Numbered from the stretch's first letter, positions 36,234 to 46,861 are shown. The stretch is DNA of 64,000 bases from Planktothrix sp. GU0601_MAG3 (GCA_035193785.1 CP136572.1:2580578-2644577), one strand, 5' to 3'. Notes: generated from the sequence alone by a model not told the origin. Translations and numbers: made by a program.

Positions 36234-39200
36234 TTAAGCTAAACCTTGGGAAAGAAAACCCGCCCAATAGTAGGGACTCGCATAGGGATATTTTACCTCA
36301 GAACTATTTTTGAGGTTATTTACTTCTCCTAGGCGCTCTGAAGATTTTTCTGAGATGGAATTTTTTAATGCTTCCAGACTTTGACAACTTCTTAAATCAA
36401 ATTGCGCTAATCTTAACGCTTCTGGGCGGGTTTTTCCTTGGTCGAGATAGTGATAATATAAAATAGTAAATACCGATGTGGCTTGATCATTCACCGCCCA
36501 CAATGTACTAACAACATTTCGCGCCCCCGCAGACAGAAAACCTGCGGCTAAGGATAGGGGCTCATCGGTAATAGGAGTTAAGGTTAAATTAGTTTCGCAA
36601 CAGCTTAAAAATAAATCCGATAACTCTGGAAACCGTAAGGTAAATATTGTGGCTAAATTCAGTTCTTGTTTATTCGCTAAAACTAATTTACAATTTTCGG
36701 GATGATTTAAGTCTGCATTGGCGTGATGACTTGAATGTAACCGTTGCACTTTTTTCGCTAATTTGATATAATTATCTGGGGTAGCTTGTTCCTTTTTGAG
36801 ATGATATTCTTCGGTAACTTGATAACGTTTTGCTAACTCTTGACATTCTTTTTCTGTATAGAATAAATCTCCTGTGGCATTTTCTACAATTCCTAATTGA
36901 TGGGGTTTGGAAACCAGATCGCGATCGCTACAATATTTTAATATTTGACAACTGGGAACCACTCTTAAACGAAAGCGATCGCTTAAATATTCCGGGAGGT
37001 CTGTACTGTTTTCCGACCCTGTAGAACTGGCAGGAATCGGCTCACTAAAGACCATTTGACGAGTTGTTCCCATCTCGATTTTGCCGCTAGAAATTGCTGG
37101 ATTAGGATTCAACGGTAAGGCGGCAAAGGGCATTTGATGGAGATACAAATGGGGAATAATAATTAATTCCTCTATTCCCTGTAAATGCTGATCAATTAAT
37201 TGATTAATTTGCAACCTTTCGGCAAGTTCGGTTACGAATTTACCCATATTTTGCCGCCATTGATTCTTGTTTTCTTTATAAGGTTTTAACCAATTTTGCA
37301 ATATCCAATTTTGCAGGGTTTCGTATCCTTGACCGTCGCAGGTGTGGAGGGTTAGGGAGTAAGACCTCTCCCCCAACCCCTCTCCTGCGAGGCGAGGGGA
37401 GTTAGAAACAAGTGGGAAGTTAGAAAGCACAGACGAGTCAAATTGTTCCCCCATTCCCTCGCAGGGAAGGGGGGTTAGGGGGGTTAGGTCACTCCGCCGC
37501 AACACAAACGCAAACGTCCGATCATTGGTACTATAAAAACTAACAATAGCGGTGACATCATCCTGAATTAACTGCTGAATTTCTGCTAACTGAATCACAT
37601 CGACTTCTATTTGACCCGCTAATACCGGATCATGACTGCGAATTTCTCGCCAACGCTGCTTTCTTTCCGTTTCTAATTGTTCAATTTCTGCTGAAGTTTC
37701 TGGGGAGAGTTGACCAATTTTTGAGGGATTTTCGGGCGTATTCGGTGGGGGTGTTTGCTGTAACTGATTCATCCGTTGTTTCAAAGCATTATATTCCGCC
37801 ACCAATTCCGGGGGAACTTCCGCATTAGGATAGAGATCCTTACTGGCAAATAAATCCGCTAACTGCCGACACCGCGATCGCTCTGCGGTCAATAATGCCT
37901 GTTGATAATTCCCCAAATTAATATAACATTGAATCGCCTGATCATAAACCCCAATAGCTGCGGCTAAAATCTCTTGACGCTGTTGATCGGTTTGCGCCCG
38001 ACTGCGACTATTTTCTACTGCTTTCATCGCCCATTCATAGCCCTCCACTCCCCATTCCCAGTTCCCAATTTTAAACCCTAAATCCCCGAAATTGCGTCCT
38101 GTTATTACACAGTCCAGAGGTAATATTTTCGGTTGACGAACGATTAACGCTTGTCGATAACAATGAACAGCCTGATCATACAGGTTTTGTTGTGCTTCCC
38201 CCTGAACTTCTGAGGCGAGTTTAGAATAGGCATTCCCCAGATTATTATTAGTCATTGCCCATTGTTGGGGGTAGGTCTGTTGTTGATAAACAATTAAAGC
38301 CAGTTGATAACAAGCGATGGCTGCTTTTAAATTCTCTTCGGTATTTTCTATTGCTGCTAGGTTACGATAGGCAGCCCCCAGATTATTATTAGTCATTGCC
38401 CATTGTTGGGGGTAGGTCTGTTGTTGATAAACTATTAAAGCCTGTTGATAACAAGCGATGGCTGCTTTTAAATTTTCCTCAGTATTTTCTATTGCTGCTA
38501 GGTCAGAATAGGCAGTCCCCAGATTATTATTTGTCCCTGCCCATTGTTGGGGGTAGGTCTGTTGTTGATAAACTATTAAAGCCTGTTGATAACAAGCGAT
38601 GGCTGCTTTTAAATTTTCCTCAGTATTTTCTATTGCTGCTAGGTCAGAATAGGCAGTCCCCAGATTATTATTTGTCCCTGCCCAATCTTGGGGGTATGTC
38701 AGTTGTTGATAAACAATTAAAGCCTGTTGATAACAAGCGATGGCTGCTTTTAAATTCTCTTGGGTATTTTCTATTGCTGCTAGTCTTAAATAGGCATTCC
38801 CCAGATTATTATTAGTCATTGCCCAATCTTGGGGGTAGGTCTGTTGTTGACGAACAATTAAAGCCAGTTGATAACAAGCGATGGCAGCTTTTAAATTCTC
38901 TTCGGTATTTTCTATTGCTGCTAGGTCTAAATAGGCATTCCCCAGATTATTATTTGTCCCTGCCCATTGTTGGGGGTAGGTCTGTTGTTGACGAACAATT
39001 AAAGCCTGTTGATAACAAGCGATGGCAGCTTTTAAATTCTCTTCGGTATTTTCTATTGCTGCTAGGTCAGAATAGGCAGTCCCCAGATTATTATTAGTCA
39101 TTGCCCAATCTTGGGGGTAGGTCTGTTGTTGATAAACTATTAAAGCCAGTTGATAACAAGCGATGGCAGCTTTTAAATTCTCTTGGGTATTTTCTATTGC

Positions 39201-39959
39201 TGCTAGTCTTAAATAGGCATTCCCCAGATTATTATTAGTCATTGCCCAATCTTGGGGGTAGGTCTGTTGTTGATAAACTATTAAAGCCAGTTGATAACAA
39301 GCGATGGCTGCTTTTAAATTCTCCTCGGTATTTTCTATTGCTGCTAGTCTTACATAGGCATTCCCCAGATGATTATTGGCTTGCGCCCCTAATTCGGATT
39401 CTTCCTGACAATAATCCAAGACAAACTCATATCCCGCAATGGCAATATTTTGAATATATCTAGGGTTTCCCAGAGGAAATTCGCTAATTCTAATACTGAT
39501 ATTTCCGACTAAGGCAACTATTGTTTCTGTTGCTTCTGGGTGTGCTTCAATAATTCCCCCAGCAACAACTTTTAAGACTTGAGCAAATTGTGGGTTGAGG
39601 AGATGGCGGTTATCGGCAAGTAGGGTATTTAATTGTTGAATATTTTCTTCTAATTCTGTTTGAAATAATCCTTGAATCAAGGTAATATAATCTTGACGAG
39701 AATATTGATTGGATTGCTCATCGTCAGGGGATGGAGAGGATAACAGCATCATTAATTGTTCGGCTATTTTTAACAACCATTGGGCGGTTTGTTCCTGTCC
39801 GTTTTCCGTTAGGGTTTCTGCTACCCTCTTCATCGTTAAACATAACCCCATATCCACTAATTCAGCATGGTCTTGGAGAATTGTTACCTCCTCTCCGTTG
39901 GGACAATCAATTAATTGCTGAATTAAATTAAGGTAAGCGGCGAAGCGTTCTTCGTTCAT
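36234..39959 (-). CDS. TPR-repeat CHAT (caspase-like) protease
   Basis: Eight full plus one partial 47-aa TPR-like repeats. CHAT motifs [45 protein letters not shown] and SPYYWAGF. Confidence 0.9.
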   Translation of the reverse strand: MNEERFAAYLNLIQQLIDCPNGEEVTILQDHAELVDMGLCLTMKRVAETLTENGQEQTAQWLLKIAEQLMMLLSSPSPDDEQSNQYSRQDYITLIQGLFQTELEENIQQLNTLLADNRHLLNPQFAQVLKVVAGGIIEAHPEATETIVALVGNISIRISEFPLGNPRYIQNIAIAGYEFVLDYCQEESELGAQANNHLGNAYVRLAAIENTEENLKAAIACYQLALIVYQQQTYPQDWAMTNNNLGNAYLRLAAIENTQENLKAAIACYQLALIVYQQQTYPQDWAMTNNNLGTAYSDLAAIENTEENLKAAIACYQQALIVRQQQTYPQQWAGTNNNLGNAYLDLAAIENTEENLKAAIACYQLALIVRQQQTYPQDWAMTNNNLGNAYLRLAAIENTQENLKAAIACYQQALIVYQQLTYPQDWAGTNNNLGTAYSDLAAIENTEENLKAAIACYQQALIVYQQQTYPQQWAGTNNNLGTAYSDLAAIENTEENLKAAIACYQQALIVYQQQTYPQQWAMTNNNLGAAYRNLAAIENTEENLKAAIACYQLALIVYQQQTYPQQWAMTNNNLGNAYSKLASEVQGEAQQNLYDQAVHCYRQALIVRQPKILPLDCVITGRNFGDLGFKIGNWEWGVEGYEWAMKAVENSRSRAQTDQQRQEILAAAIGVYDQAIQCYINLGNYQQALLTAERSRCRQLADLFASKDLYPNAEVPPELVAEYNALKQRMNQLQQTPPPNTPENPSKIGQLSPETSAEIEQLETERKQRWREIRSHDPVLAGQIEVDVIQLAEIQQLIQDDVTAIVSFYSTNDRTFAFVLRRSDLTPLTPLPCEGMGEQFDSSVLSNFPLVSNSPRLAGEGLGERSYSLTLHTCDGQGYETLQNWILQNWLKPYKENKNQWRQNMGKFVTELAERLQINQLIDQHLQGIEELIIIPHLYLHQMPFAALPLNPNPAISSGKIEMGTTRQMVFSEPIPASSTGSENSTDLPEYLSDRFRLRVVPSCQILKYCSDRDLVSKPHQLGIVENATGDLFYTEKECQELAKRYQVTEEYHLKKEQATPDNYIKLAKKVQRLHSSHHANADLNHPENCKLVLANKQELNLATIFTLRFPELSDLFLSCCETNLTLTPITDEPLSLAAGFLSAGARNVVSTLWAVNDQATSVFTILYYHYLDQGKTRPEALRLAQFDLRSCQSLEALKNSISEKSSERLGEVNNLKNSSEVKYPYASPYYWAGFLSQGLA
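37363..37490. mobile_element. Palindromic element inserted in frame inside the CHAT gene
   Basis: Inverted arms gacctctcccccaacccctctcctgcgagg and cctcgcagggaaggggggttaggggggttaggtc; translated as [15 protein letters not shown]...[12 protein letters not shown]. Confidence 0.75.
38225..39380 (-). repeat. 141-bp intragenic tandem repeats (47 aa), about 8.3 units
   Basis: Near-identical DNA units encoding [47 protein letters not shown]. Confidence 0.92.
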
Positions 39960-40077
39960 GGGATGCTCCTGGTGGGTTAATAATATTGTAGCGTGTGTTA
40001 GGGGAATTAGAAACCGGGTTTACTTTTCTATCATTAGTGTCAACTTAAGCCGAAAACCCGTGATTAAAGCCGAGATC

Positions 40078-40177
40078 AGATCCCCCTAAATCCCCCCTTC
40101 GGCAAGCTCAGGGCAGGCCTTAAAAAGGGGGACTTTGATCTCCTGTCCCCCCCTTGTTAAGGGGGGTTAGGGGGGAT
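40078..40177. repeat. Cyanobacterial GATCCCCC...GGGGGGATC palindromic element with a nested 22-bp insert
   Basis: Arms gatccccctaaatcccc..ccttaaaaagggggac and gtcccccccttgttaaggggggttaggggggatc; the insert CCTTCGGCAAGCTCAGGGCAGG is at 40096-40117. Confidence 0.65.
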
Positions 40178-40647
40178 CAAAACCAGAATAGGCGAGAAGA
40201 AAGAAAGGGCGGGTTTACAAAGATTATTGGTTAGATTTGTTAACCTTTGTAGAAACCCGCCCCTACCTTTCCTGTCCCCCATTGTTAAGGGGGGTTAGGG
40301 GGGATCAAAACCAGAATAAGAGAAGAAAGAAAGGGCGGGTTTACAAAGATTATTGGTTAGAATTATTAACCTTTGTAGAACCCGCCCCTACCTTTCCTGT
40401 CCCCCCATTGTTAAGGGGGGTTAGGGGGGATCAAAACCAGAATAAGAGAAGAAAGAAAGGGCGGGTTTACAAAGATTATTGGTTAGAATTATTAACCTTT
40501 GTAGAACCCGCCCCTACCTTTCCTGTCCCCCCATTGTTAAGGGGGGTTAGGGGGGATCAAACCCAGAATAAGAGAAGAAAGAAAGGGCGGGTTTAGAAAG
40601 ATTATTGGTTAGATTTGTTAACCTTTGGCGAACCCGCCCCTACATTT
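40141..40647. repeat. Four tandem ~126-bp units, each with a REP-like hairpin
   Basis: Units start at about 40141, 40270, 40395 and 40521; each contains gggcgggtt...aacccgcccctac. Confidence 0.92.
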
Positions 40648-40648
40648 C

Positions 40649-41575
40649 CTATTCCACCCTTTTTAATGGGGGTAAAACCTCGAATTTTTGATAAAAAATA
40701 TGCCAACGGGTTTTGTTTTGCTTTTCAAACTGTTGCCAAAGTTCCAACATCAATTCCGGTTTTACCGAGGGAAACTGTTGATCTTTGATTTGATTTAACG
40801 CCTCTAAATTCAAAGGAAATTCAGAAACAATTCCCAAATATTCTTCTATTCCGGGTTGATTAAATTCAATCGCAATTTGATTGTTAAATGCTATGGAACC
40901 CATTTGAGGTAAAATCATAGGACTTTCGCTAATTTTATTAGTCGGCGCAAATGCTAAGGAAGGACAGACTAAAAAACGGCTGGTAAATCCTCTATTAAAT
41001 AGCAAGAAATAATGGTTAGGATATTCTAAATTGATCTTCATCTGTAAAGGTTGATCACAAGGAATTTTAGCAGAATTCGGTTGCGGATCTTTCCAAACCA
41101 TTCCTCGCTCACCATTGGGAGAAAATTCTATCCAATTTTGTTGTAAACCCGTCTGAGTTTGAAACCGTTTCCAAATTTGATCCACTTCCCAGCGAGGGAA
41201 TTGATATTCCCATAACCAAGCATATACCTTTTTCCAAGTGCCTTTTTGTCCTGGAGTAAGATTTTGTAAACCCTCAATATCAATTTGATCATCAATTAAC
41301 TCTTTTTCATAGATTTTGATTAAATTTTTAATGACTTCAGTTTGCAGTCTTTGAATATTATTCTGACAATATCCTAACTGTTTTTTGATTAAACTTAATA
41401 AATCATCTTCTTTTTCTTTATTATTTTGGTTATCAATATTATAATTATCGGGATGAAAGCGCAGTTTAAAAAACCATTCTTTTTCCCCTTTGCTTCCGTT
41501 AACATCATCTTTAAAAAGTATTGTTGCCAAGTCATCCAGAAATCCTGCGTATTCTTTCATCTTTTCCGCCTCCAA
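40649..41575 (-). CDS. Two-domain protein: putative N-terminal HTH-like domain plus DUF4384-like C-terminal domain
   Basis: N-terminal part FFKLRFHPDN...IYEK...GQKGTWKKVYAWLWEYQFPRW; C-terminal part LQMKINLEYPNHYFLLFNRG..RFLVCPS..PGIEEYLGIVSEFPL. Alternative ATG at 41560. Domain calls are from memory of the patterns. Confidence 0.55.
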   Translation of the reverse strand: MEAEKMKEYAGFLDDLATILFKDDVNGSKGEKEWFFKLRFHPDNYNIDNQNNKEKEDDLLSLIKKQLGYCQNNIQRLQTEVIKNLIKIYEKELIDDQIDIEGLQNLTPGQKGTWKKVYAWLWEYQFPRWEVDQIWKRFQTQTGLQQNWIEFSPNGERGMVWKDPQPNSAKIPCDQPLQMKINLEYPNHYFLLFNRGFTSRFLVCPSLAFAPTNKISESPMILPQMGSIAFNNQIAIEFNQPGIEEYLGIVSEFPLNLEALNQIKDQQFPSVKPELMLELWQQFEKQNKTRWHIFYQKFEVLPPLKRVE

Positions 41576-41838
41576 TTCATCTTAGGCTTTAATTCATCTG
41601 ATCATAACATTATATTCTAAAAAAATAAGATTTTTACACAATTGTCATTTGCTGTCATTTCCGGTAATTTGTGGAATTTGCAGATATTTTATGGGATTTA
41701 ATGGATTTAAAGCTATTTAATTTATATGCTGTAATTTGATTGAATATATTTGAAAAAACATGATATTTAAAACGATACAAATTATTCAATTAGTTGATAG
41801 AACTAAATCAGTTAACTTTCAACAATTCAGTAACGAAT

Positions 41839-42378
41839 ATGAAATTTACCCTCGCTCATCCCAGTGATAAACGCCTCTGGAATCAGGCTATTAAAATGTT
41901 AGAAAATCCTGCGATTATGAAATGGGTTTTGCAGGGGGCGTTATCAGAAGCTCAGGCGATCGCAGAATTAAAACGTTGGCAACAACATTGGGAAACCTAC
42001 GGTTTTGGCAACTATTTTGCCTTAGACCGACAGGGAAAAGAATTATTAGGATTTATCAAAACGTACCGGAGCGATCGCTCTCCTTTTGTTAACATTGGTT
42101 ATGCCTTAGATCAACCCTATTGGGGTCGTGGTTTAGGCACGGAATTAGCGGAAACTGCGTTAGGAATTGGTTTCTTAGAACTCAAAGAACCTCAATTAGT
42201 GGGTTTTGCACGGTGCCGCAATCATGCGAGTCGTCGCATTTTAGAGAAAGTTGGTTTTCATAAAGTTGAAGACTGTTTAATCGAAAATCGTGATTATTGT
42301 TTATATCAAATTTCCCAAGAACGTTATCTGCAACGGTTGGAAATTTCAGCAATGAATTACACACCTATTACCCGCTAG
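41839..42378 (+). CDS. GNAT (RimJ/RimL-type) N-acetyltransferase
   Basis: IGYALDQPYWGRGLGTE and NHASRRILEKVGF motifs. Confidence 0.85.
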   Translation: MKFTLAHPSDKRLWNQAIKMLENPAIMKWVLQGALSEAQAIAELKRWQQHWETYGFGNYFALDRQGKELLGFIKTYRSDRSPFVNIGYALDQPYWGRGLGTELAETALGIGFLELKEPQLVGFARCRNHASRRILEKVGFHKVEDCLIENRDYCLYQISQERYLQRLEISAMNYTPITR

Positions 42379-42381
42379 ATT

Positions 42382-42545
42382 GATCATATTCCCCCTTTTT
42401 CAAGCAGGGTTAGGGGGGATCAAACCCAGAATAGGCGAGAAAGAAAGGGCGGGTTTAGAAAGATTATTGGTTGGAATTATTAACCCTTGGCGAACCTGCC
42501 CCTACCCGATCATATTCCCCCCTTTTTAATGGGTTAGGGGGGATC
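42382..42545. repeat. Additional ~1.3 copies of the 126-bp unit, same orientation as the 40141 array
   Basis: gggttaggggggatcaaacccagaataggcgagaaagaaagggcgggtttagaaagattattgg...cgaacctgcccctac. Confidence 0.85.
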
Positions 42546-42584
42546 TTTTCCCAGGTTAAAACAATTAAAATTGTGGAGAAATAT

Positions 42585-42774
42585 ATGCTTGATAAGTGTG
42601 AAGAAAATTATTGCCCGTGGGTCAGGGATACACAGAAACCCTGACCACTACTACTGCTTACGCTGCAATAGAGATAGATGGGTTAATCAACGATCTAGAT
42701 CGGATGAATGGGAGGGTTTTTTTTGGGTAATTTTATTTGTGGTGGGAATAGGAATTGCGATCGCACTCCAATAA
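42585..42774 (+). CDS. Small Cys-rich membrane-anchored protein (apparent frameshift at ~42636)
   Basis: Restored sequence: MLDKCEENYCPWVRDTQNPDHYYCLRCNRDRWVNQRSRSDEWEGFFWVILFVVGIGIAIALQ. Confidence 0.5.
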
Positions 42775-42852
42775 TAGACAGTTAACAGCCAACTCCATGT
42801 TAATGTTAATTTCTATATTGTAGAAACTCAACACACAAACGCACAAAGGATC

Positions 42853-43866
42853 ATGTCGGATACTCCATCGTCTCAACCTTCAGAAGCATCAACCAAAGAA
42901 GCGAATTCAGATCGCGGCGCTAAAACCCGACAACTTTTAGGGATGAAAGGGGCGTCGTCGGGGGAAACATCCATCTGGAAAATTCGCCTACAGTTGATGA
43001 AACCGATCACCTGGATACCCTTAATTTGGGGGGTGGTTTGTGGCGCTGCTTCATCGGGACATTTTAGTTGGTCAGTGGAAGATGTGTTAAAAGTGGCGAC
43101 CTGTATGTTAATGTCTGGGCCATTGATGACCGGGTACACCCAGACCATGAATGATTTTTACGATCGGGAATTGGACGCCATTAATGAGCCCTATCGGCCG
43201 ATCCCTTCCGGGGTGATTTCTGTTCCCCAGGTTGTCACCCAAATTTTACTATTATTAGGGTTAGGAATAGGGATTTCCTACCTTTTAGATACTTGGGCGG
43301 GCCATGAATTTCCCATAATTACGGTTTTATGTATCGGTGGGGCGTTTGTCTCCTATATTTATTCTGCACCCCCCCTGAAACTCAAGAAAAATGGCTGGTT
43401 AGGAAATTACGCGCTTGGGGCGAGTTATATTGCGTTACCTTGGTGGGCGGGTCATGCGTTATTTGGGGAACTCACCCCGACCCTGATGGTGTTAACCCTA
43501 TTTTATAGTTTAGCTGGGTTAGGAATTGCCATTGTTAATGACTTTAAAAGTGTGGAAGGCGATCGCCAATTGGGGTTACAATCCCTGCCAGTGATGTTTG
43601 GGATCACGACGGCGGCGTGGATTTGTGTTTTAATGATTGATATTTTCCAAGCCGGGATGGCGGTTTATTTAGTTAGTATCAAGCAAAATCTATATGCTAC
43701 GGTGCTTTTGCTGATGATTATTCCTCAAATTACCTTCCAAGATATGTATTTTCTACGCAATCCTGTAGAAAATGATGTTAAATATCAAGCAAGCGCCCAA
43801 CCGTTTCTAGTTTTAGGAATGCTGGTTGTGGGTTTAGCTATAGGTCACGCGACGATTGTAGGTTAA
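42853..43866 (+). CDS. chlG: Chlorophyll synthase
   Basis: RQLLGMKGA, RLQLMKPITWIPLIWG, NDFYDRELDAINEPYRPIPSG and NDVKYQASAQPF. Confidence 0.97.
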   Translation: MSDTPSSQPSEASTKEANSDRGAKTRQLLGMKGASSGETSIWKIRLQLMKPITWIPLIWGVVCGAASSGHFSWSVEDVLKVATCMLMSGPLMTGYTQTMNDFYDRELDAINEPYRPIPSGVISVPQVVTQILLLLGLGIGISYLLDTWAGHEFPIITVLCIGGAFVSYIYSAPPLKLKKNGWLGNYALGASYIALPWWAGHALFGELTPTLMVLTLFYSLAGLGIAIVNDFKSVEGDRQLGLQSLPVMFGITTAAWICVLMIDIFQAGMAVYLVSIKQNLYATVLLLMIIPQITFQDMYFLRNPVENDVKYQASAQPFLVLGMLVVGLAIGHATIVG

Positions 43867-44033
43867 TTTCCGATCAAACGGCCTGTTTCCTATCTAGGTG
43901 TGAAGCCGGGGATCAAGGAAAAAACCTTGATTTTTGGCGAGATCACCGATTTGACAGCTAACTATTGAGGAAACTTAGCCCTACCCTGAGCTATCCTAAT
44001 ATAGACTGTCGAATGCTCAATTAAACCAACCAT

Positions 44034-46447
44034 TTGTCCGAACCAATGGAAGAATCTCAATTCCCATCCAGACCCAAAACGGAATCGTTAGAGTCAGAAA
44101 CCCACCCGGAAAATACTTCTGGGGTGGTTTCAACCCAACCGGTTTTGACATCACCCGTGATGGCGACGGAAGTAGAGCCCGATCAGGTTTCTGCGGAAAC
44201 CGTTTCTGAGTCGAATCCCCAAGATGGGACTTGGTATCGTCGCGCCCTGAATCGGCTCAATTCCCAATGGGTTAAACTGCGTCAAGGTTTCACCTCTAAA
44301 GACCCTCAAGGGAAACCCTGGTATCGTCGTCCCAGGGTATGGATTGGAGTTGGGGTGATCGGTGTGGGCGGTGGTGCCCTAGGTTATGGGGCTTGGCAAT
44401 GGTATCAGATTGATCAAAGTCTTCCCCCCGTCTCGATGAGTGGGATGGCCTCCTTTAGTCGGGATGGCACAATTACAATTAGGGCTAATAACGGTGATAT
44501 TTTAATGCAAACCGGGCCAGCAACTAGGGAAAAACTCCGCCTCAAACAAATTCCCGAAAAGCTGGCGCAAGCGTTTATTTCCACTGAAGATATTCGTTTC
44601 TATGACCATGATGGGGTGGACTATCAAGGAATTGTTCGCGCCGTGGGCTCTAATATATTGGCTGGGGGGGTAGTGGAAGGAGGAAGTACCATCACCCAAC
44701 AGTTAGCTAGAATTGTTTATTTGAATCAAGAACATAGTCTGATTCGGAAACTCAAAGAGGCAATGGTCTCTTGGAAAATTGAAGATCAAATTAGTAAAGA
44801 TGATATCCTAGAACGCTATTTGAATTTAGTATATCTGGGTTCAGGTGCTTACGGGGTCGCGGATGCGGCCCATGTTTATTTTAGTAAGTCCGTAGGTGAA
44901 TTAACTTTGTCGGAAATGGCAATGTTGGCGGGTTTACCCCCCGCACCAAGTCAATATTCTCCTTTGGAAAATCCAGAGGCGGCTAAAAAAAGGCGTAATA
45001 TTGTTTTACAAAGAATGCAGGATGCCCAGGTAATTACCGCAGCCCAAGCGGAGGCGGCGATGCAAGAAACCCCTGACCCTGAAACCTAGTCAACCTAAAC
45101 GGTTATTAGTTAAAGCTCCCTATTTTTCTAGTTATGTTTTAAAAGAACTTCCCCAATATGTTTCTAAGGAGGTTGTGGAAGCTGGTGGGTTAATAGTTGA
45201 AACCAGTTTAGATGTGAAATGGCAAGAAGCTGCAGAAAAAACGATTAAAGATGCGGTGGAAATTGATGGTGCGGGTTCAAATTTTGGTCAAGCGGCTTTA
45301 GTTTCTATAGAAGCAAAAACCGGGGAAGTTAAGGCTATGGTGGGAGGGTATCAATATAAAGATAGTGAATTTAATCGTGTTACCCAAGCCCAAAGACAAC
45401 CGGGATCAACCTTTAAGGGATTAGTTTATGCGACGGCAATTGGGGCGGGTTTCTCCCCCTATGATAGCTATTTAGATGAACCCTATAAAGTTGATGGCTA
45501 CCGTCCCCGAAATTATGGGAATAAGCATTCTGGATGGATGTCGATGTCCGATGCTTTAAGCCGTTCTGTGAATGTAGTTGCGGTTAAAGTATTAGTAGAT
45601 GTGGGGTTTGAACCAGCAATGAAACTGGCAAAAGATATGGGGATTAAATCACCCTTAAAACCAACCTATGCCATGGCTTTAGGAGCCTATGAAGTTAATT
45701 TATTAGAGTTAACAAATGCTTACGGAACCCTAGCCGATGAGGGTAATTATATTCCGGCCCATGGTATTCGTCGGGTTTTAGATAAACAGGGAAATATTAT
45801 TTATCAAGCCAAATTTAAACCCAAACAAGTGTTAGATAAAAATAGTGCTGCCATTACTACTTGGATGTTAGAAGGGGTGGTTAACGGCGGAAACTGGCAG
45901 CCCAGCGGCTTTATCCGATCGACAGGTGGCGGGTAAAACCGGAACCTCTGAGGAAGCCAGGGATTTATGGTTTATTGGTTATATTCCCCAGGCTGTAACC
46001 GGAATTTGGTTAGGAAATGATAATAATGATCCAACTTGGGGCGCTAGTAGTAGTGCTGCTTATAGTTGGGGGGAATTTATGCGACAGGTGGCCGAGGGAA
46101 TGCCGGTTCAGAAGTTTCCAAAACTACCTGAATTAGAGGGACGCAAAGGCAGTATCAAAGCCAAAGCCCATCAACCTAATAGTATTGAAACTGGGGCAAA
46201 AGTAGCTATTGAAGATGGTGATCCTGGTGATCCCGCCCAAGATGCTAGGGCCGATGGCAGTTACGCCAGCAATTCAGAATATTCTGATAGTGGCTATTCA
46301 GAAAGTTATAACGACAATAGCGGTTACTACAATGATAACGGTGCTTCTGAGGGGGGATATTCTGATGGGGGATATTCTGAGGGGGGATATTCTGAGGGGG
46401 GATATTCTGAGGGGGGATATTCTGACGATGGATATAGCAACCAATAA
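44034..46447 (+). CDS. Class A penicillin-binding protein (apparent frameshifts at ~45067 and ~45891)
   Basis: Transglycosylase motifs EDIRFYDHDG, GGSTITQQL and RKLKE; transpeptidase motifs STFK, SVN and KTG. Three ORFs join after single-base removals. Confidence 0.92.
46346..46435 (+). repeat. 15-bp coding tandem repeat (SEGGY)x6 at the PBP C-terminus
   Basis: tctgaggggggatat units, read directly. Confidence 0.9.
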
Positions 46448-46606
46448 TAATCCCTAGTATTCTTGGTTCAACGAAACCACTCAAGACCAGTCGAAGGGAC
46501 GGGGTTTTAAACCCAATTTTTCTATAAACCCCTAAATTTTGTTAAACGCGCTAAAATTCAGAAGGATTAATTGCGATCGCCCGGTTAAGGAGAACCTTTA
46601 TTTGTT

Positions 46607-46819
46607 ATGGATGAGATCAAACCTATTTTACAAGAATTAACCCGTGAACCCATCGCCTTTTTCGGTGGCTTTGTCTCAGGTTTATTAAAATTAAACCTCA
46701 ATGACGATCCCATTAAAACTTGGCTAGAGAAAGAAGGTGGAACCACGGTATCAGGTTCCTCGGGTTCTAACAATAATAATGGCAATTCTGGTGGCCCCCA
46801 ATCAATTCAGATTGATTAA
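46607..46819 (+). CDS. Small conserved cyanobacterial protein
   Basis: ELTREPIAFFGGFVSGLLKLNLNDDPIKTWL...GPQSIQID; AGGAG lies upstream. Confidence 0.7.
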   Translation: MDEIKPILQELTREPIAFFGGFVSGLLKLNLNDDPIKTWLEKEGGTTVSGSSGSNNNNGNSGGPQSIQID

Positions 46820-46834
46820 TTAGTCTAAATCAAT

Positions 46835-46861
46835 TAGGGGCGAATGGCTATTCGCCCCTAC
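46835..46861. repeat. Stand-alone REP-like hairpin TAGGGGCGAATGGCTATTCGCCCCTAC
   Basis: Palindrome; the same hairpin is the cargo of the MITE at 46962. Confidence 0.75.

Noticed and set aside
38396..39463. Repetitive plus-strand ORFs
   Set aside because: They are antisense shadows of the TPR repeats.
40237..40596. 119-aa ORF in the repeat array
   Set aside because: It is a by-product of a 126-bp (42-codon) repeat unit, has a TTG start and no recognisable domain.
40141..40647. CRISPR array
   Set aside because: Whole 126-bp units are repeated with no unique spacers, and there are no cas genes nearby.
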